A stretch of 64,000 nt of DNA from Styela clava (Eukaryota): NCBI RefSeq assembly GCF_964204865.1, contig NC_135251.1, positions 14,322,001 to 14,386,000 of the forward strand, written 5' to 3'. The position numbers and the translations under genes are program-made. Of this stretch, positions 31,114-42,655 are shown piece after piece. A model generated the notes under the pieces. It ran no database searches. It saw only the letters and a list, made by a program, of their open reading frames with translations, and had not been told where the DNA came from. Each line of letters begins with the position of its first letter. The stretch's first letter is position 1.

Positions 31114-31959
31114 ATGGATTTATCTGGTGGTCAGGAACATACAGCAGTCACAATAAATCCTGATGTTTTCTATCATTTGAAAGAAGAAGGCTTTAAATAC
31201 ACTTTGTTTAATGTGGAAGGTCCAGGTTGTGATGAAAATCCGGCTCTGATTAAGTTTGAAGGATGTGGCTGTACTGTTTTAAGTTGTTCTGAAGAAAACT
31301 GCCAATGCAATTTAAAAAATTATGAAAACTCAAAACTTAGACAATCGAACCCATTCACTTCACCTCCGATTTATGAATGTAACTCAATGTGTAAATGCAG
31401 TGATGCATGTGAAAATAGACTCGTGCAACATGGTGTTAAAACAAGACTTGAAGTATGTAATATTCAATATAAAGGAAAGGGTGTTAAATGTTTGGAGAAC
31501 ATTGAAAAAGGAAGATTCGTTTGTGAATATGCTGGAGAGGTATTGGGATATGAAGAGGCAGTAAAAAGGACTAAGAATCAGTGTTCAAAAATTGGTGTAA
31601 TGAATTACATTATATCAGTATGTGAATATAACTCAAATCCAAATGAAAAACCGCACAAAGTAACTTTTGTAGATCCAAAATATATTGGAAACGTTGGGAG
31701 ATTTATTAACCATAGCTGTGACCCAAATCTTGTAATGGTTCCAGTACGGGTAGACTCCGATGTTCCACATCTTGCACTTTTTGCCTGCAAAGACATTGAA
31801 GTCAATTCGGAGATCACATTCAACTATGCGGGAAACTGCAAATCTGATTTTATTGACAATTCAAATGCAAATCAACAAAACCAAAAGCCATGTTATTGCG
31901 GTGCAATATCTTGTCAAAAATATCTTCCCTTCGACAGCACTTCATTAAGAACCGAATAA
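31114..31959 (+). CDS. SETMAR: SETMAR-type histone lysine methyltransferase (pre-SET/SET/post-SET) with no mariner transposase domain; single coding exon
   Basis: MDLSGGQE start, pre-SET Cys cluster (GCGC...CQC...IYECNSMCKCSDACENRLVQHG), KGKGV, FVCEYAGEV, GNVGRFINHSCDPNL, EITFNY and post-SET CYCGAISC. Acceptor ttttcacag| at 31081 precedes ATG 31114. Confidence 0.88.
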   Translation: MDLSGGQEHTAVTINPDVFYHLKEEGFKYTLFNVEGPGCDENPALIKFEGCGCTVLSCSEENCQCNLKNYENSKLRQSNPFTSPPIYECNSMCKCSDACENRLVQHGVKTRLEVCNIQYKGKGVKCLENIEKGRFVCEYAGEVLGYEEAVKRTKNQCSKIGVMNYIISVCEYNSNPNEKPHKVTFVDPKYIGNVGRFINHSCDPNLVMVPVRVDSDVPHLALFACKDIEVNSEITFNYAGNCKSDFIDNSNANQQNQKPCYCGAISCQKYLPFDSTSLRTE

Positions 31960-32027
31960 ATATTTTACATTCATTTCAGTTTCAGATATAGGTTAATAGT
32001 TATAATTATTTATGCGCCGCTGAAGAG

Positions 32028-35000
32028 ATGGGTTTGTGTAAATGCCCAAAGAGAAAAGTAACAAATTTGTTTTGTTTCGAACACAGAGTCAATGTTTGTG
32101 AACATTGTCTTGTAGAAAATCATGCCAGGGTAAGGATTATATTATATTTGCCAGAATTAGTTTCCCTTCCCTATTATTGCTTCTCACAACCATCCGTTTT
32201 CCATCTTAAAAAATCAAAATCACAACCAGAGCACATTTGCGATATATTATAGTGCAGGATACATATACAAGTTCATGTAATACAGAAAATCTTTATACAA
32301 AACCCATTATATACAAAAAGGGATTTATGACTCATAATTTTAAATTTTCAGTGTGTTGTGCAATCTTATCTCAATTGGTTGAAAGACAGTGACTACAACC
32401 CAGATTGTCAACTTTGCAGTAAACCTCTTGCCTCTGGAAATGTCGTCAGATTACTCTGTTATGGTAAGTTGTTTTTTAATCTTTGCCTTAGACCTAAGGT
32501 CACTTCCCATTAGCATTATTGGCAGTTTCATCAAGCATTATCTTACAAATTCTTTCAGATGTGTTTCATGAAGCCTGCCTAGATAGACATTACAAAAAAC
32601 TGCCATCAAACACTGCTCCAGCTGGTTATAAATGTCGATTATGTGAGACCAATGTTTTTCCTGCACCAAACCAAGCTGGAAAAGTCATTGACCAATTGAA
32701 AGAATGTCTTTCAAAATTTAACTGGGCAAGAATTGGACTTGGGTTGCCTTTGGTGAGTTGTTAGATCGGGAATTATAATTTAAATGCACCAAATGCGGGG
32801 CAGTGAGTTCTACATAGTCAAACTTGTGGTATCTTGAAAATTGGAACTGGAATACATTTTTTTCTAGTTTGGTATGGACTTTGGAGCCTGTTTGAACAGC
32901 TTCGAATAGTATGAAAAAGCCATGATTAAATAATGACTGGGTGTGACATATTTTGGGCCCTTGACAATGAATGATTGGCATAATTTTAAGTTAAATCAGA
33001 AATATAAATTTTTAATATTCCCTCAGGTCATTTTCATTAGACTTAGCATATTAGAATATGTGTGTCATTCCTTCGTGATTGCTTCCATTCAAACCTGCAC
33101 AGGGCTGGGGGCTGGTTCGAAATCACAATGACTCCGACTCCCCAGTCCTGCACCCGCGTTTCAAAACTTTGTGATAAAAGCTTATCCAATAATATGTACC
33201 ATGTTCAGATAGATGAGTCAGAGGTTATCGAAGTACCAGAAAGTGATTTACCAGAAGATGAAATGTCTGGAGTAAATACATTTGTTAAAGATGAAGGACA
33301 AAGTCGAGAGCATGAAAATCTACACGGATCATCAATACTCAAACCTGATTTTAATCTTTCATCAAGCACAAATGTATCAGACACATCTTGGATGAAGGTA
33401 TTTCTCTTTCAATATACATTATGAACATTTTAGTTTGATATGCTATTGAATTGATTAATTCATTTGCTATTCTTTTAGATCAGGGGTGGGCAAGGTTTTT
33501 GGACGAGGGGCCAAAAATTTTGCCACCCTGACTGGCGGGCTATGTAAGTGTGAAATAGAAAGTTGACTGTCTTGAAAGTTTTTAAATTACGAATAGAATT
33601 TACCGATACCAATACCATATTTAGTTTGTACGTGTTATAGATGTATATTAAATAGAGTGAAAGAAAACTTAAACAAACACTTATAAAAACAAAGCAAACC
33701 TGGTTAAATATATTGAGAACAGACTTTATGCGAAATTGTAAGAGGCTTTATGATCACTCCAGCTGTCTTTTTCAGTAGCTATACAGTATGTGCAGTGAGG
33801 GTTTTATATATTGCACGCCAATACTCCTATTATTATATAAAAAATCAATACGGATAATCCAATGACATCTGATTAATGGCTCTGCATCGACTCCCTTTGT
33901 TTGGTTGTATTATGCCTCAATACGATATGTTCTTTATTTAAGAATTCATCTCTATTTGCTGACTACAGTCCTCCAAACAACAAATCACACAGTACAGTTT
34001 TAACAATGGACGACTTCCCAGCCACTGGAGGTAGGTTTTCTAATCAATTTTAGGTAAATGATATTTTCTATAATCAAAGAGCAAAAGGGAGTATAGGTTA
34101 CCAAGGTCAGAATGATTTTCTATTCCAAATATATCCAAAAAAAAAAAATTACTGTGGTTTTCTATCTTTTGCAATACATTCCCCCTTCACATATTTGTCT
34201 CCCTCAGTATATATGAAAATCATTTTTTATTTGTTGTTTAATTTTTGGTCGCGATATGCACAACTCTTGCTCTGACTTTTCTACAATTTTAATTGTTTTC
34301 AATGTGTTCATAAATATCACAAAATAAGAGTAATACTACAAGCAAGAACAAAGTAAAAGTTCCTCTGCTTAAACAATTAAACTCCACCTTCGAGGGAAAT
34401 TCCTCTCTAGCTGTGAAACCCCTGAATATTGCATATAATGTATTCTATGTTGGGTTTTGTTCAATAGAGGAACAGCAATCCTATTCATTTGTCAATTGCA
34501 CAAAATTACAATTCATCAGATAAAATGTTTTAAATTGTTCCTGATATCGTGAATATGTTTGAATGTTTTCGAGTACCAGTATTCGACTCATTTTGGGCAT
34601 CCCTGTTTATTACTTTTTCAAAATATATTTCTAGATCAAAATGACTGATGAAATAGTGGTTTCAACAAGTATTTTTTAATCAAGACGCTATCAATTTGAT
34701 AGTTTGCAAATCTTGCAGCCTCCGAACCTGCAGTAGTTTCTGAATAGTACCAGATTGAAGCGTGCTATTCCAGTTCAAACCTTGTCAGATCAAAATAAAT
34801 GAATATGATTTTATGAAAGTGTTTGTGTACTGAAAATATCGTTATGGCTGTTAGCAATTCACTCATTTTCAATCCTGGAAATCGTGCTCTACAGGTTCTA
34901 AAGTAGCAGATGAGCTGGGAGCAGTATCTAGAAAACTTCTTGGGGGCAATTTACCAGATTCATTGAGACAGACAGTCGCTGGAAATGATCCAGATTCCGA

Positions 35001-35889
35001 AGATAAATATAAACGAAGACCTGCGTGGACATGGTTAATGAGGTGGTTGAGGTAAAAAACATTTCTATTTTATTGATAGCAAACAGTCTGGTCAAAATTT
35101 TTTTTCGATGTGGAAGCCAGGGTCATAAATAGGAAGTAGTGTTCCATCACAATAAGGAGTGCTTTATTGCAGGGGCCAGTTATCATTGACATCAACTTTT
35201 TTAAAAGAACAGCTGGCTGAAAAAAGTTGAATAACAGTTGGTCGTGATTGGCAGACGTTTGGTGACAAGTACATTATGAAATGTATCAACCCAGAGATAG
35301 TTATGCTTGAAGGATTTTGTGAAAAAATGAGCCAACCCCAGAAGAAAGAAAATAGGCTTAGCCGCCCAATAACACAACCCCAGAAAATTATGTAAAAAAA
35401 TTGGGTCCAAAAAATCGTCTTATTAGCCTGAAAATGTGGTACTTGAATTTATCTGTCATCTTTGTATCTCGAGTGTTGAAGAATAAGGAAACAATTAACT
35501 GTACTGATATTTGAGAATTTAAGCCCTTTCTCTTTCTCTTAAATGCTCTCACTTTAATTGACAACTTTATTTCATTCAGGTCACGCATGTTGAGAGCAAG
35601 AGGCAGAGGCTATCACGATATGAATGTTATTCCAAAAAAAGTCGCAATATTAATTTTGGTGGCAATCATAGCCTTTTTCACAATTGTTATTTTTGCAACA
35701 CAAGTAGGACGAAAAAGAGCAGAAGAAAATCCATTTCTAGACCCGATGGCTAATCCTAATATCCACGTTGCTCATCATGGTGACGCTGGTTTAGACTATG
35801 GTGGGGGAAAGATAAGACAAGGGCAGGCTTTTTTGAGTGATGATAAAGAAGAGAACATTGGTTTTGTAGGTAGAAGACAAAAATTATAG
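32028..35889 (+). CDS. ZFPL1: Zinc finger protein-like 1 (B-box/RING-like fingers, C-terminal transmembrane segment)
   Basis: Exons 32028-32129, 32352-32463, 32559-32752, 33209-33397, 34635-34668 (inferred microexon), 34895-35051 and 35580-35889. Motifs: [73 protein letters not shown], a TM segment and [14 protein letters not shown]. Confidence 0.93.
33481..34028. mobile_element. hAT-like MITE in a ZFPL1 intron
   Basis: Termini caggggtgggcaagg ... cttcccagccactg. Confidence 0.5.
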
Positions 35890-37486
35890 TATTATTCTAC
35901 AACTAAAATCTATGGTGCCAGTTACACAGTGTGAATTCTTGCACACCGGGTACTAGCTTTTGCTGTATTAACCATGTGTTATTATTATATGCACAGCGCA
36001 CATTTTTGCCGATACTGCTCTTTTTTTATGTGGGTGTTATGGGGAACAATATTTTATAAGAAGAATGATTGCCTGATGGGCAGTGTGCTTCAGCAACAGT
36101 TATTATGTGATTTGTATATTTTAAATATATTACATGATATATATGATCATCTGTATTATTATATGGTATTATTATATGAAAAGGCATTTGTGGGACCAAA
36201 CGACAGTGTGAAATTGCGATCATAGTACATACACCACACCAACATCTGTTGCAATGCCTCTCTCTACTGACAAAAATCATTTAGTCAACATTGCTGTTGT
36301 AACATGTTTTATTGAATCAGTAACAGAGATCAGATTTTAAAATTTCATTGCAATTTTAAGTTTGACAATGTGATTCGTTACACAAGAGAAATTTAATTGA
36401 ATGTTACAATAACTTTGATCGCATAATATCAGCAGTTTAAGAAAGAAATGTATGGATGGCGCAAAAGGTATACAAAATCGTCCCTCAGATTTTCAATCAC
36501 ATTTACACAATATAAACCTCCCGAGGGTGGGCAATTTTCTTTAAATTGGACAACGTTTCTCGGTAGGGCATAAATAAATTCATTTTGAGATTTGATGGAT
36601 TACTGAAAATAAACAAAAAAGTTTGTTTGCTCGTATATAGACAGAAATAAATAAAATCATTATGTTTTCAGCCATTAGATATTGCATAAAAGCTATGAGC
36701 AAGAACTTCTGAGTATATGAGTAATATTAATTTCATTTGCTGATTTCTACAAGTGCTAACTAAAAATAAGTTGGCACTTGAAGTTGATTGGATTGGCTAA
36801 GTCTTGGCCTGTTTTAACAGTCCCACAAGTTTTAGTCATAGGAAACTTGTATATTAATAATGAGCGGTGGCAAACAAATATTCTGTGGCGAATTATCACA
36901 GCAGTAAAATAGGTTAGATAATATGGTCGCGCCAGTAAAGAACTTCATCTCCTAGCGGAATGGATTTAAACAGAAATAACACAGAGAAACAAGAATATGT
37001 CCGATCTCAGCAGAAGAAAGAATCACATAATAAAACGGGGTCAAGATGGTCGGAGTCGAGCAAAAATGGTCAGTCCACAAAGAAACCTACGGGTTGGCCA
37101 CAAATCTATTGATTATAAATTGCTGAAGTTATTGATAGATTAGTTAAAACTTTGATTGTAGTAACAATGAATGATGATGCTGTTTCTGCTACTGGATGGA
37201 ATTCTTATTTTAATTATAAAAGTGTCTGTCTATATTTGCAACCTTGATATCACCGAATTTTTTGTGCAACAAAAGTGCGCCACAAAAGAAAAAAGGTTGA
37301 GAACCACTGGATCATTAGTCAAAATAATAGCTCCGACTCCGCAAACACTAAGACAAAATAAATAAATCAAAGAAAAGCGCTAAAAATTTTCACAGTTATC
37401 TTTACATAGTGGAATATAATATCTATATATGCCTTTGTTAAAGTCAGAATGTTATGCCATCTGTGTTTGTACATGAAATGTGAAAC

Positions 37487-38218
37487 TCAGGGCATCAACC
37501 TTTCATATACCCAACCATTTTCACCTTCTCTTAGACAAGGATTTGTAGTTACATTTTCATTAGATTCCCTTTTTCGAAATCTTAGTCGATCATGCATTCG
37601 ATTTGATTGCCCTTGCCAAAATTCGATACTTTCTGGCTTTACAATGTATCCTCCCCAATATTCCGGCTTTGGTACATCAACACCTTTATATCGTTTTTCA
37701 ATATCCTTTTCCACCTCAAGCAGTTTGTCTCTACTTTCAATTGGATAGCTCTGCTTGATGCTCACATGTGCAGCAATTTGGCTTTTTCTAGGTCTTGTGG
37801 AAAAATATTCAGTACTATTTGATGTTTCTATTTTCGTTGCTTTACCTTCAATCCTAACAGATCGATGCATTGTGTTCCAATAAAACATTAAAGCAACATT
37901 TGCATTTGTTGCCATCTCATTGGCTTTTCGGCTATTATAGTTTGTGTAAAATTTAAAACCATCATTATTAAATCCTTTCAATAAAACCATTCTGGAACTA
38001 GGTTTTCCATCACTACTTACAGTAGATAATGACATGGCATTAGCTTCTATTACTCCTTTGTGGGCAATAGCTTCGTTCATCCAAACTGCAAACTGTTTTA
38101 TGGGATCCGACGATTCCAAATGGTGTTCTAAAAATGTATCATCTGTCCCACGATAAGGGTGGCGCAAATGTGTGAGATTATTCTCTTCAACGCCATCGTT
38201 GTCCCCATAGCACGCCAT
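37487..38218 (-). CDS. PNPO: Pyridoxine/pyridoxamine 5'-phosphate oxidase, single coding exon (an in-frame upstream ATG lies at 38254)
   Basis: DPIKQFAVW, EANAMSLSTVSSDGKPSSRMVLLKG, FYTNYNSRK, RSVRIEG, YFSTRPRKSQI, EFWQGQSNRMHDRLRF and WVYERLMP. An acceptor (tttacag|) lies 5 nt before ATG 38218. Confidence 0.94.
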   Translation of the reverse strand: MACYGDNDGVEENNLTHLRHPYRGTDDTFLEHHLESSDPIKQFAVWMNEAIAHKGVIEANAMSLSTVSSDGKPSSRMVLLKGFNNDGFKFYTNYNSRKANEMATNANVALMFYWNTMHRSVRIEGKATKIETSNSTEYFSTRPRKSQIAAHVSIKQSYPIESRDKLLEVEKDIEKRYKGVDVPKPEYWGGYIVKPESIEFWQGQSNRMHDRLRFRKRESNENVTTNPCLREGENGWVYERLMP

Positions 38219-39137
38219 TCCAACTGTAAATTTTCTTATTGTCGTTTCGGGCATGTGGAAGGCCGCGAATAATTGTCGGCATCCGCCAAGCAGTAACTGG
38301 ACACGACAGGTCGCCAGCGCCAGTTTTATATTCAACAAAATCAATAATTAACAAAGGATAAACTCACAACGGACGGGGAATCACCAACTATCTACGAAGG
38401 CACCAATGGCATGGCATTGGAGGAGGCGCGTACATTGAGGGCACTCGTGACGCGGACGAGTCCCGCTGAACCCCAGTAAACTATGGCTGAACCAATACAC
38501 CTCAATGCGCTGAACCCAAAAAGGGTGTTATATACACCTCGATGGCTGAACCACAGTTCAGTGCACTGAACTAGAAATATTCACAGCTCTGTGACGAGTT
38601 CCAACGTAACCTGGAGGACAACGTAACGTAACTATTTTGCATTTCGATAACCCCTATCATATTTTCGAACGCGAAATGTACATATGGATCGTTTTCAAAT
38701 TTGTTGTTATTGTTAGTCTTTTTGGGATGCTTGCGGTTGTTATTTTTTAACTATTTATTATATTATATTATATACCTATTAATTATTTTAACTACCAGAC
38801 CAATCGATTATATAAACGGCCATTGAAGGATATTACATTTTTCAATTTTGTTTCCTAGTCCCGATATTTTCACCCATGATTTATTGAAATTCGGGTCACG
38901 TTTTTGGAACATTGAAATATGTCCAGATTTCCGCAAAGCAAAATTTTCCGAAACAAGAATAATTTGAACCAGAGTCAACAAACACTGGCATTCCCAGGAT
39001 TTCGTTAAGGTGTGGGTAATTGAATATTGAAATATCGTGACGTTAAATTTGAATTATTGAACACTAAATATTTATATGAAACGTTTTGCTAAATCGTTGT
39101 TGTTAGTCTTGTTGTTGGAGCGACTATTTGTTGACCC

Positions 39138-39381
39138 TACTAAAAGAGTAGGTATCAGTATAGTAAATGACTAAAAAGATAGGAATCGGTGACTAAAACG
39201 GTAGGTATCAGTAGTAAATGACTAAAAAGGTATAGATGACTAAAAAGGTAGGATTAGGGTTACTATTGATACCTAGGTACCAGTAGTAAATGACGAAAGA
39301 GGTAGGTATCAGTACTTTCAGTAGTAGTACTTTTTTTAGTCATCTACTGCTGATACCTTTAGTCATTTTCTACTACTACCC
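39138..39381. repeat. Internally repetitive foldback element (GACTAAAAAGGTAGGTATCAGTAGTAAAT-like units, inverted at the 3' end)
   Basis: Several direct copies of the unit, followed by reverse-complement copies (tttagtcatctactgctgatacc). Confidence 0.65.
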
Positions 39382-40669
39382 TTTTTGTTCCCTAGTCCTA
39401 TGAGTTGGGATTTCTCTGTTTTATTTTCATTTATGGAAACACCTTTTAATTTCGCGACGACCTCTGCCCCGAACTTCTTGGTGGACTCGTTGCTACCCTT
39501 TTGCAATTTTTGGTATTGGTGTGGAAAAATCATGCCCGTCAGCTTCATTTGTCAAAGTTTATATAGAATTAAAGCGAATCAATGCGATAAACTGTATATT
39601 AACAAGCACAAATATGACAGCAGAGAAGGAAGACGTAAGCAATTTTGCCTCATCTTAGCGTTAAGTCGAATAGTGCAGAATGTTCCTAACCATGTGTGGT
39701 AGTTTCAAGTCGATTTTGCCTGGCATGTATTTATTAATGCATTACCCAATTGCATTCCTTGCCCAGACAGGTAAGCAAATGGAACGGTTTTTTAGAAAGC
39801 GATTTTTCAAGCGAAACGGTTTTTTCAAGCGATTTAGAAAGCGATATATTGAGATAGTTATTTGAATATTGTATTTATGTATGATTGAGCAATGCTGTCG
39901 TGTATTTTGTATATAACACAACGAAAAATATCTACCGCAGGGACGTGACACCGATCAAGAATTTATAAAGTTAGGAAGTTCAAACCAATAACAAAAACAG
40001 ATGTCAATATAGGCTACCGAATAATAGGACCATGGCGAATGTCCCATATTTCAGTACGATAGTGTGGAAAAATACCTTGTCACTTTAAAAACTTCAAATG
40101 AGGCCACTCCGAACAGAGACAAAAGAAGATTGCTATTGACAACCTAGCTGATATTTACCAACCTAGATTAAGTCAGGCTCGAAATATTGAATCCCATGAA
40201 ACATAATTATGTTTATTGCTGGACTTATTGTCTTCTCGTTGTTGTACGCGTAGCGATCAGTCGTTTCCCCGCCACCAATTGATTGCATATGGAGCAATTA
40301 GCTACGTGGCATATGATATGATCCTTAAGGCCGGTATACACGACAGCATTATAACTCACCGCACCGCGACTCTGCGCACTGTGCGGTATGCGCGGAACCG
40401 TGACGTCAGACCTGTCCTCCGTACGTACCGGCACCGTACCCTATGAAACCATAATTTGATATTCAATGTTCAGTTGAAATCTGGTAAAAAAAATCGAATA
40501 GGTGAAAGCTGAACAGTTTGGAATACCCGTCAACGATAAGAACACACTTGCCAACAGAAAGTATCCCGCATATCATACCGTTACCGTACCAATGTACCGT
40601 TACCATACCGGTACATGTGATATTACAAACCGCACGGTAACCGGTAGCCCTAGTGAGACTGAACTTCTA

Positions 40670-40910
40670 TCGTTATAAAAGCAACTCGAAAACGATAATA
40701 ATAGTATAAAACTTTCGCTTGTCACATGAAATACAACCAGTTGTCTCAGAAAACCACCAGAACAAGCAGAGCAAGACTGGCAGTACGGTGAACTGCGGTC
40801 AGAAAACGCTACTCAAGCGTTCGCCAACTCAGACAAACGCAGCGCAACGAAACGCAGTCCACCGCAGACGATTAAAATAGAACAAACCGAAAAAATACGC
40901 TGCGGTGAGT
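40670..40910 (+). promoter_or_regulatory. Candidate TATA/Inr core promoter and non-coding first exon, probably of CPEB1
   Basis: CRE TGACGTCA at 40401, TATAAAA at 40674 and 40705, Inr-like CCAGTT at 40737, and a strong donor GCG|GTGAGT at 40904/40905. Confidence 0.4.
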
Positions 40911-41626
40911 TCGCACACTGTCGTGTATACCGGCCTTTACCCGGCCTGTGTTGGTAATCGGACAAGAGACCGCACATTGTCATGTTATTCACACCTCGTC
41001 TTTCCTGTCCTCTCGATAAAAATCCCATTTTATCTTATGTTTCATTGAAAAAATCAACAATAAAGGTCTCGAGCATGTGTGTCCAGATTAATGCTCATCC
41101 AGGTTAATAGTGCACCAGTAGGTGTAGCACCATTTTATGCATAAAAAGTGGTAATATGAATTAAGGCCAATCGTATATATATATGTATGAATATATATAT
41201 ATATATATGTCTTGCTAAATGCCATATCCCAGTAAACATATACTAAATCCTATGCATTACGCAAAACCACATTACAATTGCCTCTATTACTAGTTTGTTT
41301 TAGTGTTGTTTTAAAAAACTAATTTGAGTCAACTGCAAGGCTTGCAGTAATAGAATGGCAAGAATGTAGTAGAGATTTTTTATGTGGAGTTACTATTCAC
41401 ATAAAGATTCTACCACTACTATTTTGAAAATTGCTCCAACAATAATCGACTGCAGTTGGAAAACGGCCTTTTGTGACGTGGTACTGAGAACACATTTTTG
41501 AACTTGTATTCACGCTATATACCCGAGTAAGGTTTTATACCACAGTTTGCTGTCTTCAATTTTAGATCCTCGTCGCGTAGTTGATAACGAGTAAAACAAT
41601 AGTGTATTGTGACACAGAAACGTATA

Positions 41627-41891
41627 CAGTGGCGTATCTACATAAAATTGCGCCCACGGAAAAATTTGAAAATGCACCCCCCTTGATAGTTAGTTCACAA
41701 TTTATAATGACACTCATGGGAATGAGTTAATTGTACGATAATATTTGAGTAAAACTACGAGTTTGAGATATTACCAATTCGAAATTATTTTATTGAAACA
41801 TTAAGATTAAAACTTTTCGCCTTTTTTGCGCTCCTGTCCAAACGGCGCCCATGGCACGAGCCATGGATGACACACCCTAGATACGCCACTG
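41627..41891. mobile_element. hAT (Tip100-like) MITE
   Basis: Perfect TIRs CAGTGGCGTATCTA / TAGATACGCCACTG; TSD aacgtata / aacgtaca (7/8). Confidence 0.85.
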
Positions 41892-42312
41892 AACGTACAG
41901 TCAGGAGACCAAGCAATGACGTTAATTCTACAATCAGTTTTTATCACTTATTTCTTTTCCGTGTCAGTTTGATATAATATTCTTTCAATGTACGATTTCA
42001 TCAAGTAACACTGTTATTTAAATCAACTTGGTCCAGTTTCACACTTTTCACGTGTTCATCAATCATAGAATCAGGAACGATAAATATTCGAGTATTGAAG
42101 TGTAGGGAACGGATGCTTGGCAGCGAATATGAAGGAAATAACAAAAAATATTGTTGGCAGTATCACCCTGAATATAACACTGAAAATCTTGCTAGAGATC
42201 AGTAACACTTAATAGGAGTACTTAATGCTGAAGTACAATGGAGAAGAAGATTCCCAATCCTGTATAGTTTCCATGATGAGGGAAACGTTTGGATTCCGCC
42301 ATAGGCTAGACC

Positions 42313-42655
42313 CAGTGCCGGATTAACCATTAAACAGTATAAGCATTTGCTTAGGGTACCAAGCAAAGTGAGCCACCACAGAAATTTTAGAGCAGAATTT
42401 TTATATAGTTTATCGGTGTTTATTAAAATATTACAAGTTCACCAGACGACTTAAACTTCAAAATGTTAGTTTATTGTTCGTCTTCAAGTATCATATTAAC
42501 CTTCTTTATTAAAAATAAACACTAAAACTTTTTTTTGGACACGAAATGGTCCTATGAGTCGTTTTCCTAAATTGTTGTTGTTTTTTCTTTCTAGTATTCT
42601 CCTTGTTAACCTAAAAAAAGTGCTTAGGACACCAAAGGGGCTTAATCCGCCCCTG
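42313..42655. mobile_element. hAT (Tip100-like) MITE
   Basis: TIRs cagtgccggattaa / ttaatccgccctg, with an internal gcttagg motif near both ends. Confidence 0.6.

Noticed and set aside
33100-33152. GGTTCGAAATC as a tRNA T-loop/B-box
   Set aside because: There is no cloverleaf or A-box. It lies in a tiny CAGGGCTGGG...CCCAGTCCTG hAT-type remnant with GACTCC repeats.
35890-37486. Overlapping 3' UTRs of convergent ZFPL1 and PNPO
   Set aside because: Both strands have candidate poly(A) hexamers that allow termination without overlap; this cannot be supported from sequence alone.
38255-38344. TTG-initiated N-terminal (mitochondrial-like) extension of PNPO from the ORF track
   Set aside because: The start is non-ATG and lies within a probable 5' UTR intron (donor at 38367).
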